This document shows, one piece after another, positions 28,599 to 42,385 of a stretch of 64,000 nucleotides of DNA. The translations under genes and the position numbers were made by a program. Within the stretch, counting starts at the first letter, position 1; every line of letters begins with the position of its first letter. Source of the DNA: Octopus vulgaris (lineage: Eukaryota); the NCBI GenBank assembly GCA_951406725.2, contig OX597842.1:10292001-10356000 (forward strand). The letters run 5' to 3'. The notes under the pieces were generated by a model. The model was not told the origin of the DNA. It saw nothing but the letters and a program-made list of their open reading frames with translations, and did not search any database.

Positions 28599-31500
28599 AT
28601 GTGCGTCCGCGTGTACTGTAAGTAATCCATAACATTTCTTACCTTCAGTTCTCGCTGAGCATCTTGGATGAAGTGGTAGGCTTCGTGAAGGATATCCTAA
28701 GGACAATAATAATAATAATAATAATAATAACAACATCAAAAATAATGCACACACATGTACAGACATCCACCCACCAACATACATAGATACACACACACAA
28801 ACATAATATATATGTATACACACACACACACACATATATATGTACATATACAGGTTGCAGACGGTATTTGAGGACACATGTATTTTTAGTCCATTCGATT
28901 AGATCGACCCCAGTACACAACTGGTACTTAATTTATCGACCCCCGAAAGGATGAAAGGCAAAGTCGACCTCGGCGGAATTTGAACTCAGAACATAAAGAT
29001 AGACAAAATACCTATTTCTTTATTACCCACAAGGGGCTAAACACAGAGGGGACAAACAAGGTCAGACAACTGGATTAAGTCGATTACGTCAACCCCAGTG
29101 CGTAACTGGTACTTATTTAATCGACCCCGAAAGGATGAAAGGCAAAGTCGACCTCGGCGGAATTTGAACTCAGAACGTAAAGACAGACGAAATACTGCTA
29201 CGCATTTCGCCCGGTGTGCTAACGTCTCTGCCAGCGTGCCGTCTTTGATAATCTTTATAATCATCTCTACTTTAGGCACAAGGCCCAAAATTTTTAGGGG
29301 AGGGGCCCAGTTGATTAGATCGATTCCAGTATGCAACTGGTACTTAATTTATCGACCCTGAAAGGATGAAAGGCAAAGTTGACCTCGGCGGAATTTGAAC
29401 CCAGAATGTAGTAGCGGGTGAAATGTATAGTGGTAACGATTCTGAAGGCGGTGAGTTGGCAGAAACATTAGCCCACTGGGTAAAATGCTTAGCGGTATTT
29501 CGTCTGCCGTTACGTTCTGAGTTCAAATTCTGCCAAGGTCGACTTTGCCTGTCATCCTTTCAGGGTCGATAAATTAAGTACCAGTTACGCACTGGGATTG
29601 ATGTAATCGACTTAATCCATTTGTCTTGTCCTTGTTTGTCCTCTCTGTGTTTAGCCCCTTGTGGGTAGTAAAGAAATAGGTATTTCGTCTGCTGTTAGGT
29701 TCTGAGTTCAAATTATGCCGAGGTCGACTTTGCCTTTCATCCTTTCGAGGTTGATTAAATTAAGTACCAGTTACGCACTGGGGTCGATGTAATCAACTTA
29801 ATCCATTTGTCTGTCCTTGTTTGTCCTCTCTGTGTTTAGCCCCTTGTGGGTAGTAAAGAAATAGGTATGTCATCTGTCTTTACGTTCTGAGTTCAAATTC
29901 CGCCGAGGTCGACTTTGCCTTTCATCCTTTCAGGGTCGATAAATTAAGTACCAGTTACGCACTGGGGTCGATGTAATCAACTTAATCCATTTGTCTGTCC
30001 TTGTTTGTCCCTTCTGTGTTTAGCCCCTTGTGGGTAGTAAAGAAATAGGTAACGATTCTGCCGGCTTGCCGCCTTAGATAATCTTTATAATGTCACTTAC
30101 ATCTAGCTGATAATCTCCTTTCAAGGACGACAACCGTGGATTGGTGTTCATGAATTTATCTCCCTTTAATTTAATGTCGTGAAGGCTGAACGATGTGCTG
30201 CCATAATGTTTCTCAAACTTCTTGTGGGTGTAAGCCCCGGTCTTTGGGTCGCAGACGTACTGAAAGGAAACAAGCAGAAGGTATTTTATTTTGATGAAAG
30301 CTTTTGGGGATGGGTCTGTTTGTGAGCGGGGGTATAAAAAGCACCTGTACTGGTGCTATGTAAAAGCACCCAGTACACTCTGTGTAGTGGTTGGCCTTAG
30401 GAAGGGCACCCAGTGCACTGTGGAGTGGTTGGCATTAGGAAGGGCACCCAGTACGCTCTGTGGAGTGGTTGGCATTAGGAAGGGCATCCAGTCATAGAAA
30501 CCATACCAAAGCAGACCTCACAAGTGCTGGTCCCACATAAAAAGCACCCAGTACACTCTGTGGGGTGGTTGGCATTAGGAAGGGCATCCAGTCATAGAAA
30601 CCATACCAAAGCAGACCTCACTGGTGCTGGTGCCACATAAAAAGCACCTAGTACACTCTGTAAAGTGGTTGGCATTAGGAAGGGCATCCAGCCATAGAAA
30701 CCATGCCAAAGCAGACCTCACTGGTGCTGGGGCCACATAAAAAGCACCCAGTACACTCTGTGGAGTGGTTGGCATTAGGAAGGGCATCCAGCCATAGAAA
30801 CCATACCAAAGCAGACCTCACTGGTGCTGGTGCCACATAAAAAGCACCCAGTACACTCTGTAAAGTGGTTGGCATTAGGAAGGGCATCCAGCCATAGAAA
30901 CCATGCCAAAGCAGACCTCACAGGTGCTGGTGTCAGATAAAAAGCACCCAGTACACTCTGTGGAGTGGTTGGCATTAGGAAGGGCACCCAGTACACTCTG
31001 TGTAGTGGTTGGCATTAGGAAGGGCAGCCAGTACACTCTGTGGAGTGGTTGGCCTTAGGAAGGGCACCCAGTACACTCTATGGAGTGGTTGGCCTTAGGA
31101 AGGGCACCCAGTGCACTCTGTGGAGTGGTTGGCATTAGGAAGGGCACCCAGTACACTCTGTGGTGTGGTTGGCATTAGGAAGGGCCTGCAGCCATAGAAA
31201 TCATACCAAAGCAGACCTCACTGGTGCTGGTGCCACAGAAGGTAATGGTGAACTTCTGCTGACTCTTTCGCCACAACTTTCTCCCACTCTTTCCTCCTGC
31301 ATCTTGCAGCTCAATTGCGACGGACCGGCGTCCTGTCCAGATGGGGAACCTATATGCCAAGGAAACCGGGAAACTGGTCCTTATGAGCCAGGCATGGCTC
31401 GAGAAGGAACAAACAATGCCTCCACGTCTGTGTGTGTGTGTGTGTGTGTGGAAGAAGCTATGTGACTTACCAAGGGAAGTAGCTGCCAGCCAAAGTCTGC

Positions 31501-32004
31501 TACCATCTTGAGAGCTTTGAGAATGTAGTCGATCGTGGCGTCATCGTAGAAGAAAGGTAGGTTAAGACGGGTGAAACCGGGCCTGGAGGGAAGAAAGAGC
31601 AGACATTGAGGGACATACACAGGTGTGCGCAGTGGTTACGATGGTGAGGTCAAGTGTGACATTGGAGCCCCATTCTCCCACAGTCTAGAGAACCACATAC
31701 ACAAATGTCTTGCAAACCACTTGCACATGCAAGTGCTACCAGTTAAAAGCTCCGTATACCGGAAGCCAGCAAGTGTACGGGGTCATCAGGAGAGAATGCG
31801 CGCCATTTCGGGGCCTACCTCTCGACGGCATCAATTGCGCCCCCCCCCCCCCTGATATGAGGCCCTGTTTGCTAGATCAGCTGGTTATCAAGTAAAACTC
31901 AATATCCTTCTAGCCATCGCTCATCGTCTCTTTTTAACCAAATCCAGTGGCTAGCCTTCTCCACTGTAGATTGGATATCAGTCATGGTGGTATTGACTTT
32001 ATTT

Positions 32005-32047
<43 letters not shown>

Positions 32048-33571
32048 CTTTACTCTTTTACTTGTTTCAGTCATTTGACTGCGGCCATGCTGGAGCACTG
32101 CCTTTAATCGAGCAACTCGACCCCGAGACATATTCTTTTTGTAAGCCCAGTACTTATTCTATCGGTCTCTTTTTGCCGAACCGCTAAGTGACGGGGACAT
32201 AAACACACCAGCATCAGCTGTCAAGCAATGCTAGGGGGACAAACACAGACACACAAACACATATATATGTACATATATACGACGGGCTTCTTTTCAGTTT
32301 CCATCTACCAAATCCACTCACAAGGCTTTGGTCGGCCTGGGGCTATAGTAGAAGACACTTGCCCAAGGTGCCACGCAGTGGGACTGAACCCGGAACCATG
32401 TTTTTCACTGTTTGATTTGCCTAATAGTGGTTTTATGTCTAATTTAATTTATATATATATATATATATAGGCGCAGGAGTGGCTGTGTGGTAAGTAGCTT
32501 GCTTGCCAACCACATGGTTCCGGGTTCAGTCCCACTGCGTGACACCTTGGGCAAGTGTCTTCTACTATAGCCTTGGGCCGACCAAAGCCTTGTGAGTGGA
32601 TTTGGTAGACGGAAACTGAAAGAAGCCCGTTGTATATGTATATATATGTATATGTGTGTATATATTTGTGTGTCTGTGTTTGTCCCCACAACATCGCTTG
32701 ACAACCAACGCTGGTGTGTTTACATCCCCGTCACTTAGCGGTTCGGCAAAAGAGGCCGATAGAATAAGTACTAGGCTTACAATGAATAAGCTCTGGGGTT
32801 GATTTGCTTGACTAAAGGCAGTGCTCCAGCATGGTCGCATTCAAATGACTGAAACAAGTAACAGAGTATATATATATTTATTATATTAAGAGCAATAATA
32901 AACATACGGTGTACCGACAGCGAGGGAATCCAACTTGGAAGCCAACCCTTAAAAACAGATTCGGCCGCAAATCATATGATTTCATAATTAGTGCACAAAA
33001 TGCACTTTTTAATCATCAGTGCTTCCATAATCAAGACACATAAAAATGAACAAAAAACCCAACATACCAGACGAACACCAAATGTATCCAACATAGCACA
33101 TTAGGGTCTTTCACTCTTATATATCGGGCTCTTCAAATTGCACTTCGGTACACATGTATATTCAGAATAATTCAGCACTGAATATATTCCAGTTAATTTT
33201 ACAATTTAAAAATAGGATAAAATTTTTATAAGAATTTATCAAGCAGTCTGCGTGAAAACCTGATAATGGAAAAATTTATAATTATTCCCTTTAAAAATAT
33301 TTATTATATTAAGGGCATTACTACACGTAATTGGGTTGGCTTCCAAGTTGCATTCCCTCGCTGTCGGTACACTCTCTTTCTCTTTTCTCTTTTACTTGTT
33401 TCAGTCATTTGACTGCGGCCATGCTGGAGCACCGCCTTTAGTCGAGCCCAGTACTTATTCTATTGTAAGCCCAGTACTTTTTCTATCGGTCTCTTTTGCC
33501 GAACCGCTAAGTGACGGGGACGTAAACACACCAGCATCGGTTGTCAAGCAATGCTAGGGGGACAAACACAG

Positions 33572-33611
<40 letters not shown>

Positions 33612-35032
33612 GACAGGCTTCTTTCAGTTTCCGTCTACCAAATCCACTCACAAGGCATTGGTCGGCCCAGGGCTATAGCAGAAGACACTTGCCCAAGATG
33701 CCACGCAGTAGGACTGAACCCGCAACCATGTGGTTGGTTAGCAAGCTACTTACCACACAGCCATTCCTGTATGTTTATTATGATAGTTTTGATTTTAAGA
33801 GCCCCTGATAGCATGAGGCATTTACATGTAGTAATGTCCTTAATATAATAAATATATTTGAAGGGGATAATTAAAAATTTTTCCCTTATATGGTTTTCAT
33901 GCTGTGAAAACACTAACAACAACAACAACAAAAAAAGGAGGACAAATTGATACTCACTTCATGACTTCCAAAGGGGTCCATGTTGAACAACTGGAAAAAA
34001 AAAACAACAAACAAAATAAATAAAAAAACAAAATAATTATTAGAAATATTAAATTTCTAAATATCTCATAAAGAAGACCCTGAAACATGCATGTCTCTAG
34101 ATGCAGGCCCAGCTGTTGGGGGTGTTTGTCTCCCCTTTGTAAATATATGTATGGAAGCTCTCCGTCGGTTCCGACGACAAGGGTTCCGGTTGATCCGAAT
34201 CAACGGAACAGCCTGCTCATGAAATTAACGTGTAAGTGGCTGAGCACTCCACAGACATGTGCACCCTTAACGTAGTTCTCGGGGATATTCAGCGTGACAC
34301 AGAGAGTGACAAGGCCGGCCCTTTGAAATACAGGTACAACAGAAACAGGAAGTAAGAGTGAGAGAAAGTTGTGGTGAAAGAGTACAGCAGGGATCACCAC
34401 CATCCCCTGCCGGAGCCTCGTGGAACTTTAGGTGTTTTCGCTCAATAAACACTCACAACGCCCGGTCTAGGCATCGAAACTGCGATCCTACGACCGCGAG
34501 TCCGCTGCCCTAACCACTGGGCCATTGCGCCTCTACATCGTAAATATATAAGGACACAGGAAATGTGTCAAGGCTGACAGGAAGCGTCAATGCTTCCTAG
34601 GGCTAAACAGCAGTGGTGTAATTCCCTTACGGGACTGTCACGTTAAGTTGACAGTATACAACTACTCAGAAAATAATTAGAAAAACACAAATAAACGAAC
34701 ACATTACAAATTTTCATCAACATAGCTTTTAATTTAGCTTCTGTTTTTATGCCTGTTTTACTTTTCCCATAATGGCACAGAATAGAGGGGTTCTCAACCA
34801 TTCTTTATCTATGGACCCCTTTAATTAGTATTTTATTCTTGTGCTTCCACCCCATCGCTATTTAATGTTTAAAAACTACAGTTCTATATTTAAGAGATGA
34901 GGAATTATGTACACTGTTTACATTTGACGGATATTTGTTCTCATCTTGTTTGTTAACACAACATTTCGACTGATATACCCTCCAGCCTTCAACACTATGT
35001 CACATGCCCATGGGCATATAGCATAGTGTTTA

Positions 35033-35072
<40 letters not shown>

Positions 35073-35211
35073 TGGCTGTGTGGTAAGTAGCTTGCTTACC
35101 AACCACATGGTCCCAGGTTCAGTCCCACTGCGTAGCACCTTGGGCAAGTGTCTTCTGCTATAGCCTCAGGATGACCAAAGCCCTGTGACGGAAACTGAAA
35201 GAAGCCCGTCG

Positions 35212-35244
<33 letters not shown>

Positions 35245-35615
35245 TTGTTTGTGTGTCTGCGTTTGTCCTCCCAACATCGCTTGACAACCGATGCTGGTGT
35301 GTTTATGTCCCCGTAACTTAGCAGTTCGGCAAAAAGAGAACCGATAGAATAAGTACTAGGCTTCCAAAGAATAATTCCTGGGGTCGATTTGCTCGACTAA
35401 AGGCGGTGCTCCAGCATGGCTACAGTCAAATGACTGAAACAAGTAAAAGAGAGTATATATATCTAGTAATCTCAAGATTAATCAGCCGAAATTACTACGA
35501 TGATCCGGTTCTTGACTGAAGACTGAGGGCTTCGAATGTCCTGTCTGTGTTTGTTGTATCGTCTTCTAAGTTTTTATGCGTTCTTGTCTCAGTTTGTATT
35601 TTTCTACATATCATA

Positions 35616-35646
<31 letters not shown>

Positions 35647-36118
35647 AACAATAGTACCAGTCAATTCTGGTACTATTCTATCAGTATATTTTGCTGAACT
35701 GCAAAGTTACAAGGATGTAACCAAACCAACACTGGCTATCGAGTGTTAGTGAGGGACAAGTACAATCACACACATACACACACACAAACATATATGAGCA
35801 CAGGGCTTCTCACAGTTTCTGTTTATCAAATCCACTCACAAGGCTTCAGTCGGCCCGAGGTTATAACAGAAAACACTTGCCCAAGGTGTCACACGATGGG
35901 ACTGAACCCAGAACCATGTGCTTGAGAGATGAGTTGCTTAGCTGCAATGTCATGGCTGAATAATTAAGATGTAATTAGAAGCAATTAAAAAGAAGATATT
36001 CCTTACTTCTCTTTGTTATTGATGAATCTTGTGAAGACATTTGCCAGACTCTCAGAGATACCAAGTAACATCTGTTGAAATAATAATAATAATAATAATA
36101 ACGATAATGATAATAATG

Positions 36119-36152
<34 letters not shown>

Positions 36153-38857
36153 TAAATGCCCTGATGCAGTACCAGGCAGTGACTCTCATGGCTTCTGATC
36201 TTAACTGATTGGAAGTGTAATCATGTACATTGTTTTGTCTTGGTATAAAAGATGGGTTTTACAGCAAATATTCTGCTCAATACCACAGATTTGCTTGTCA
36301 GTTGTTTGACCTTAACCAGTTGAGCATGTCCCTTAGTGGCTGACGATATGTGCATCTCTGGTCACGAGCAGAAGTAGTGGGGGAGCATCATAGCCATATG
36401 TTGAGAGGGATTCTTTGGGGTTTGAATAATTCACCTCTGGAAACATGGGTATTTCGTTCAACATCCTTAAACAACCCTTATTCAGGGACCTTTTGAGCGG
36501 GATGGGCTACTCGACCTGAAGAAAATTCTAACTGGGCCCCACCTGCAAGGTCATGCGCTGTTTACTTTGATATGAGATCACCATGTCGCGCACATATGGT
36601 TGTGATGCATGTGCCTGGTGTACCCTTATCAGACGGGTAGTCATGATGGGTATATTGGGCTTCGTATATTTTACCCCAGTGTCACTTTGATGGCATGCAC
36701 TGCTCTCTCACTCAATAATAATAATAATAACCGGATATTATTATAAAAGATCAGACAAAAAGGATGTGTTTATTAGTTGACATGAGTATTCCCTGTGATC
36801 ACAATATAGCGGCGAAAGAATTTGACAAGATTAGAAATATAAAGACCTGCTAATAGAAATTGAAAAAATGTGGCATCTCAAGGCGGCTACAGTACCAGTG
36901 ATTGTAGGATCTCTAGGAATGATATAAAAAGGTACTGAAACCTATTTGAAAATGATTCCAGGCTTACCATCCCTACAGGAAGTGCAAAAAGTCGTATTAA
37001 CTGGAACGGCTCATGTACTGAGAAGAGCACTATCGCTGTGAAAATAACATCCATCCATGAATTTATTTATTTATTAATTTTTAAATACATATTCTATCTG
37101 TGAATTTGCGCGTGTAAACTGGGAATGCATGCAATGAGCTTCTCTGTCCTAGGTGTATGGAAAACACTCGGTGAGAAACGGAAGAATATTTGAAGAAAGA
37201 AGGAAAAGACATAATAATAATAATAATAATAGTAATAATAATAATAATAATATTAATAATTGTGAATTTGCATGTGTAACCTGGGAATGCATGCAATGAG
37301 CTTCTCTGTCCTAGGTGTACGGAAAACACTCGGCGAGAAACGGAAGAAAATTTGAAGAAAGAAGGAAAAAAACATAATAATAATAATAATAATAATAGTA
37401 AATAACACTATCAATTCACTAATACAGGCCACAAACACAAGATGCACTCTATATAGCAAATATCCAATGAAATAAACTACTACCAGCAGGCTAATTACCC
37501 AAGGTATTACACACACAACATATAAATGATGTAAATAATTTTTGGTGTTAACATGGTTTGATTTGAATTTTTTCTTCTACGGAAGGAAGAGCAAGCCTTC
37601 TTCTATCATACTCTCAATTTTGGTCAACTTGCGCAGCAGGGTCTCGGAGGAGATAGTGTTAATTGAAGGCTACCAAACCTGCCATACACAGACAACTTCA
37701 GCTTTATATATATACTAGCAGTATCCTCCAGAGTTGCTCGGGTTTGTTTCGACCCTTTAGAATTGGAATTTTTGAAAAGTAAAAAATTTGCATTATGTAG
37801 CTTGTTATTCTCTTTTAAGTGAACATTTTCTGGTTGAAATACACTGAAAAATGGCGATACAGCAGTCAAAAAATCGTAAAAAATAGGGATTTTCATAGAA
37901 AAAAAAAGCACCTTTTTGATGTAAATAATGTTTGGTGTTAACATGGTCTGATTTGAATTTTTTCTTCTATGGAAGGAAGAGAAAGTCTATCATACTCTCA
38001 ATTTTAGTCAACTTACGTCTCAGGGTCTCGGAGGAGATAGTGTTAGTCGAAGGCTACCAAACCTGCCATACACAGACAACTTCAGCTTAATATATATACT
38101 AACAGTATTTCCTGGCATTGCTTGGGGTTGTTTTGACGCTTTAGAATTGGAATTTTTGAAAAGTAAAAATTTTGCATTATGTATCTTGTTATTCTCTTTA
38201 AGTGGACATTTTTCTGGTTGAAATACACCAAAAAATCACGACACGGCAGTCAAAAGGTCGTAAAAAATAGGGATTTTCATAGAATAAAAGCACCTTTTTG
38301 ATGTAAATAATTTTTGGTGTTAACATGGTCCAATTTGAATTTTATTTTCTACAGAAGGAAGAGCAGGCCTTCTTCTCTCATACTCTCAATTTTGGTCAAC
38401 TTGCGCCGCAGGGTCTCGGAGGAGATGGGGTTAGTTGAAGGCTATCAAACCTGCCACACACAGACAACTTCAGCTTTATATATAGAGAGATGTAACCGCC
38501 TCCCCATACACTTTATGTCTGTCTTTGTATTGTCCCCCACAGCCTTTGCCCTTGTGGCAAATAAATGAAATCACTATTATTGTTATTATTAACATCAAGT
38601 TTGCCACAGCTGGGATTTGAACCCGGAATCTAAAGAGCCCGACGAAGCACGGATGAATGATTGTTGAGGGAATTTCTCAAAATATAGCATTTCATAACCT
38701 CAAACATGTTAGTAAGCATGTTTACATTTCTGAACCCAACCCAATAAAACCCAACCCAATCAAACCCAACCCAGCCCATCACCGGTGACGTTTAGTAATA
38801 ATGTCTTTCGATTGAAGAGAGGAAATTGTTAATGTGCTTTCCAAACCATGACTAATA

Positions 38858-38889
<32 letters not shown>

Positions 38890-38924
38890 GATAATAATAA
38901 TAATAATAATAAAAATAAAAATAA

Positions 38925-38978
<54 letters not shown>

Positions 38979-39057
38979 TAATAATAATAAAAATAATAAT
39001 AATAATAATAAATAATAATAATAACAATAATAAAAATAAAAATAATAATAATAACAA

Positions 39058-39088
<31 letters not shown>

Positions 39089-39131
39089 AATAAATAATAA
39101 TAATAATAATAATGATAATAATAATGATAAA

Positions 39132-39189
<58 letters not shown>

Positions 39190-39642
39190 TATACTATGAG
39201 TTTCTTTGCCCTAGGAGTCGGGAAGACACTCGGCAAGAAATGGAAGCAAATTTGAAAGAAGAAAAAAAAAAAAAATAATAATAATAATAATAATGATATA
39301 GGAGTAGAAGTAGTAATAGCTTCGTGTAAAGTTACATGTATTTCGCCATCTGTTTTAAATGAGTGACAGGAGAGAGGGTAAGGGGTTAGGGATTAGGGGT
39401 TAGGGTGCAGGAGATTGTTTTTGTAGCCTGACGTGTGTGTGTGTGTGTGTGTGTGTTTGTATGTATTTGTCTCTGTGTATGTACGTATGTGTAGATGTGT
39501 GTGTGAGTGAGTGTGTATATATATATACGTGTATATACAAATGTGTGTATGTGTATATAAACGTGTGTGTGCGTGCAAATGAATGCCTTGTTTATGTGTG
39601 TGTGTATGTATATACAAACACACACACACATATATATATATA

Positions 39643-39677
<35 letters not shown>

Positions 39678-39731
39678 GTAAATGTATCTATGTGTACAAT
39701 TCTTTATGTCATAATTGTTATGATTATCATT

Positions 39732-39766
<35 letters not shown>

Positions 39767-39820
39767 GTAAATGTATTTATGTGTACAATTCTTTATGTCA
39801 TAATTGTTATGATTATCATT

Positions 39821-39855
<35 letters not shown>

Positions 39856-40917
39856 GATATATATACACATGCATGTAAGTATGTATGTGTATTTATATAC
39901 ACACACATACATATATTTATTTATACATATATACCACATAGACACACAATCATGCATATATTGCATATATATACACACACACATATGTATGCACACACAC
40001 ACACACACATATAGATATATAAATACATGCACATACACACTCACACATACATACATACATATACATGCCCACACACCCATAGATATATAAATACATGTGC
40101 ACATGCACATATATACATATACACACCCACTTATGTATGCACACACACAAACACACACACGCATAAATATACATAAATATACACATCCATAGATGAATAC
40201 ATGCACACACACACACGCATATATATACAAATACACATGACACACCCATAGATATATACATACATGCACACATACACACACGCATCTATATACAAATACA
40301 CATGACACACCCATAGATATATACATACATGCACACATACACACATGCATATATATACAAATACACATGACACACCCATAGATATATACATACATGCACA
40401 CATACACACACGCATCTATATACAAATACACATGACACACCCATAGATATATACATACATGTACACATACACACATGCATATATATATATATGTTGGGGC
40501 AAGCAAAATCGAAATCGAGTTGAACCAGCCAGGATCCCTGGTCTGGTGATACGTAAAAAGCACCATCTGACTCGTGGCCGATGCCAGTGCCGCCTCGACT
40601 GGCTTCCATGCCGGTGGCACATAAAATACACCAATCCGACCGTGGCCGTTGCCAGCCTCGCCTGGCACCTGTGCAGGTGGCATGTAAAAAGCACCCACTA
40701 CACTCTCTGAGTGGTTGGCGTTAGGAAGGGCATCCAGCTGTAGAAACACTGCCAGATAAGACTGGAGCCTTCTGGCTTCCCAGATCCCCGGTCGAACCGT
40801 CCAACCCATGCTAGCATGGAGAACGGACGTTAAACGACGATGATGATGATGATATATATATATGTAAATGTATTTATGTGTATAATTCTTTATGACATAA
40901 TTGTTATGATTATCATT

Positions 40918-40959
<42 letters not shown>

Positions 40960-41221
40960 ATATATATACACAGGCATGTAAGTATGTATGTGCATTTATA
41001 TACACACACATACATATATTTATTTATACATATATACCACATAGACACACAATCATGCATATATTGCATATATATACACACACATATGTATGCACACACA
41101 CACACACACGCATAAATATACATATACACATCCATAGATAAATACATGCACAAATACACGCATATATATACAAATACACATGACACACCCATAGATATAT
41201 ACATACATGCACGCACACACA

Positions 41222-41267
<46 letters not shown>

Positions 41268-41709
41268 CCCACACTCCCAGAGATATATAAAAACATGCAC
41301 ACACACACACATATACACACCCACATATGCAATTAGGCATGACTCTCTGGATCACTGATCAGCTGTGTCGGTCAATATACGCAAGCACGAGAAGAAAAAA
41401 AAACGGATGTGAATACGAACAAACACTTATATACACACACATATACAAAACAACATTCACATACATCAATGCAATTGTATCTCTATACATACACACACAC
41501 ACTTTTATTTGTGTGCACACACACATATATATATGTATATATGTATATATATATATGTATATATATATACACACACACACACTGTGCCATTCTATAATTA
41601 GTGTCGTGAGTGGGAGCAATTAGCGCCTAAGAAAATAAAGGAGGGGTGAAGGAATTTCTGTATGAATGGGTGTGCGTATCCATTCACCCATCTATCTATC
41701 TATCCATCC

Positions 41710-41753
<44 letters not shown>

Positions 41754-41758
41754 GTCTG

Positions 41759-41810
<52 letters not shown>

Positions 41811-41830
41811 ACTGTCTATCTATCTATCTA

Positions 41831-41924
<94 letters not shown>

Positions 41925-42270
41925 CATCCGTCTGTCTATCTATCTATCTATCTATCTGTCTGTCTGTCTGTCTGTCTATTGACATTTCTGTGATAATGAT
42001 CCCTATTGATCAATTTTTTTCCTCTCCCTCTTTTTCTTTTTTTTCTAACCCCCCACCTTTTTTTTGTCCTCTTTCTTTCCATTTATGATCCCTTTTGATC
42101 GACCCCCCCTTTTTTTACCCCCAAAGAAAAGCTCTACCTTGTAATTTGTTCTATCTGTGTGCAGCCCTGTGTGGCTAATAAAGAAACATATCTATCTATC
42201 TATTTATCTATCTGTCTGTCTATCTGTCTGTCTATCTATTTATCCATCTATCTATCTATCTATCTGTCTG

Positions 42271-42317
<47 letters not shown>

Positions 42318-42318
42318 G

Positions 42319-42385
<67 letters not shown>

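Noticed and set aside
38782-38852. Exon-like island between repeats on the minus strand
   Set aside because: In the required phase 0 it hits a stop, the acceptor is poor, and PYAQ joins naturally to MLLGI at 36071.
39381-39405. Interstitial telomere or chromosome-fusion scar
   Set aside because: Only 3-4 imperfect TTAGGG units, part of a repeat that also occurs inverted at ~43300.
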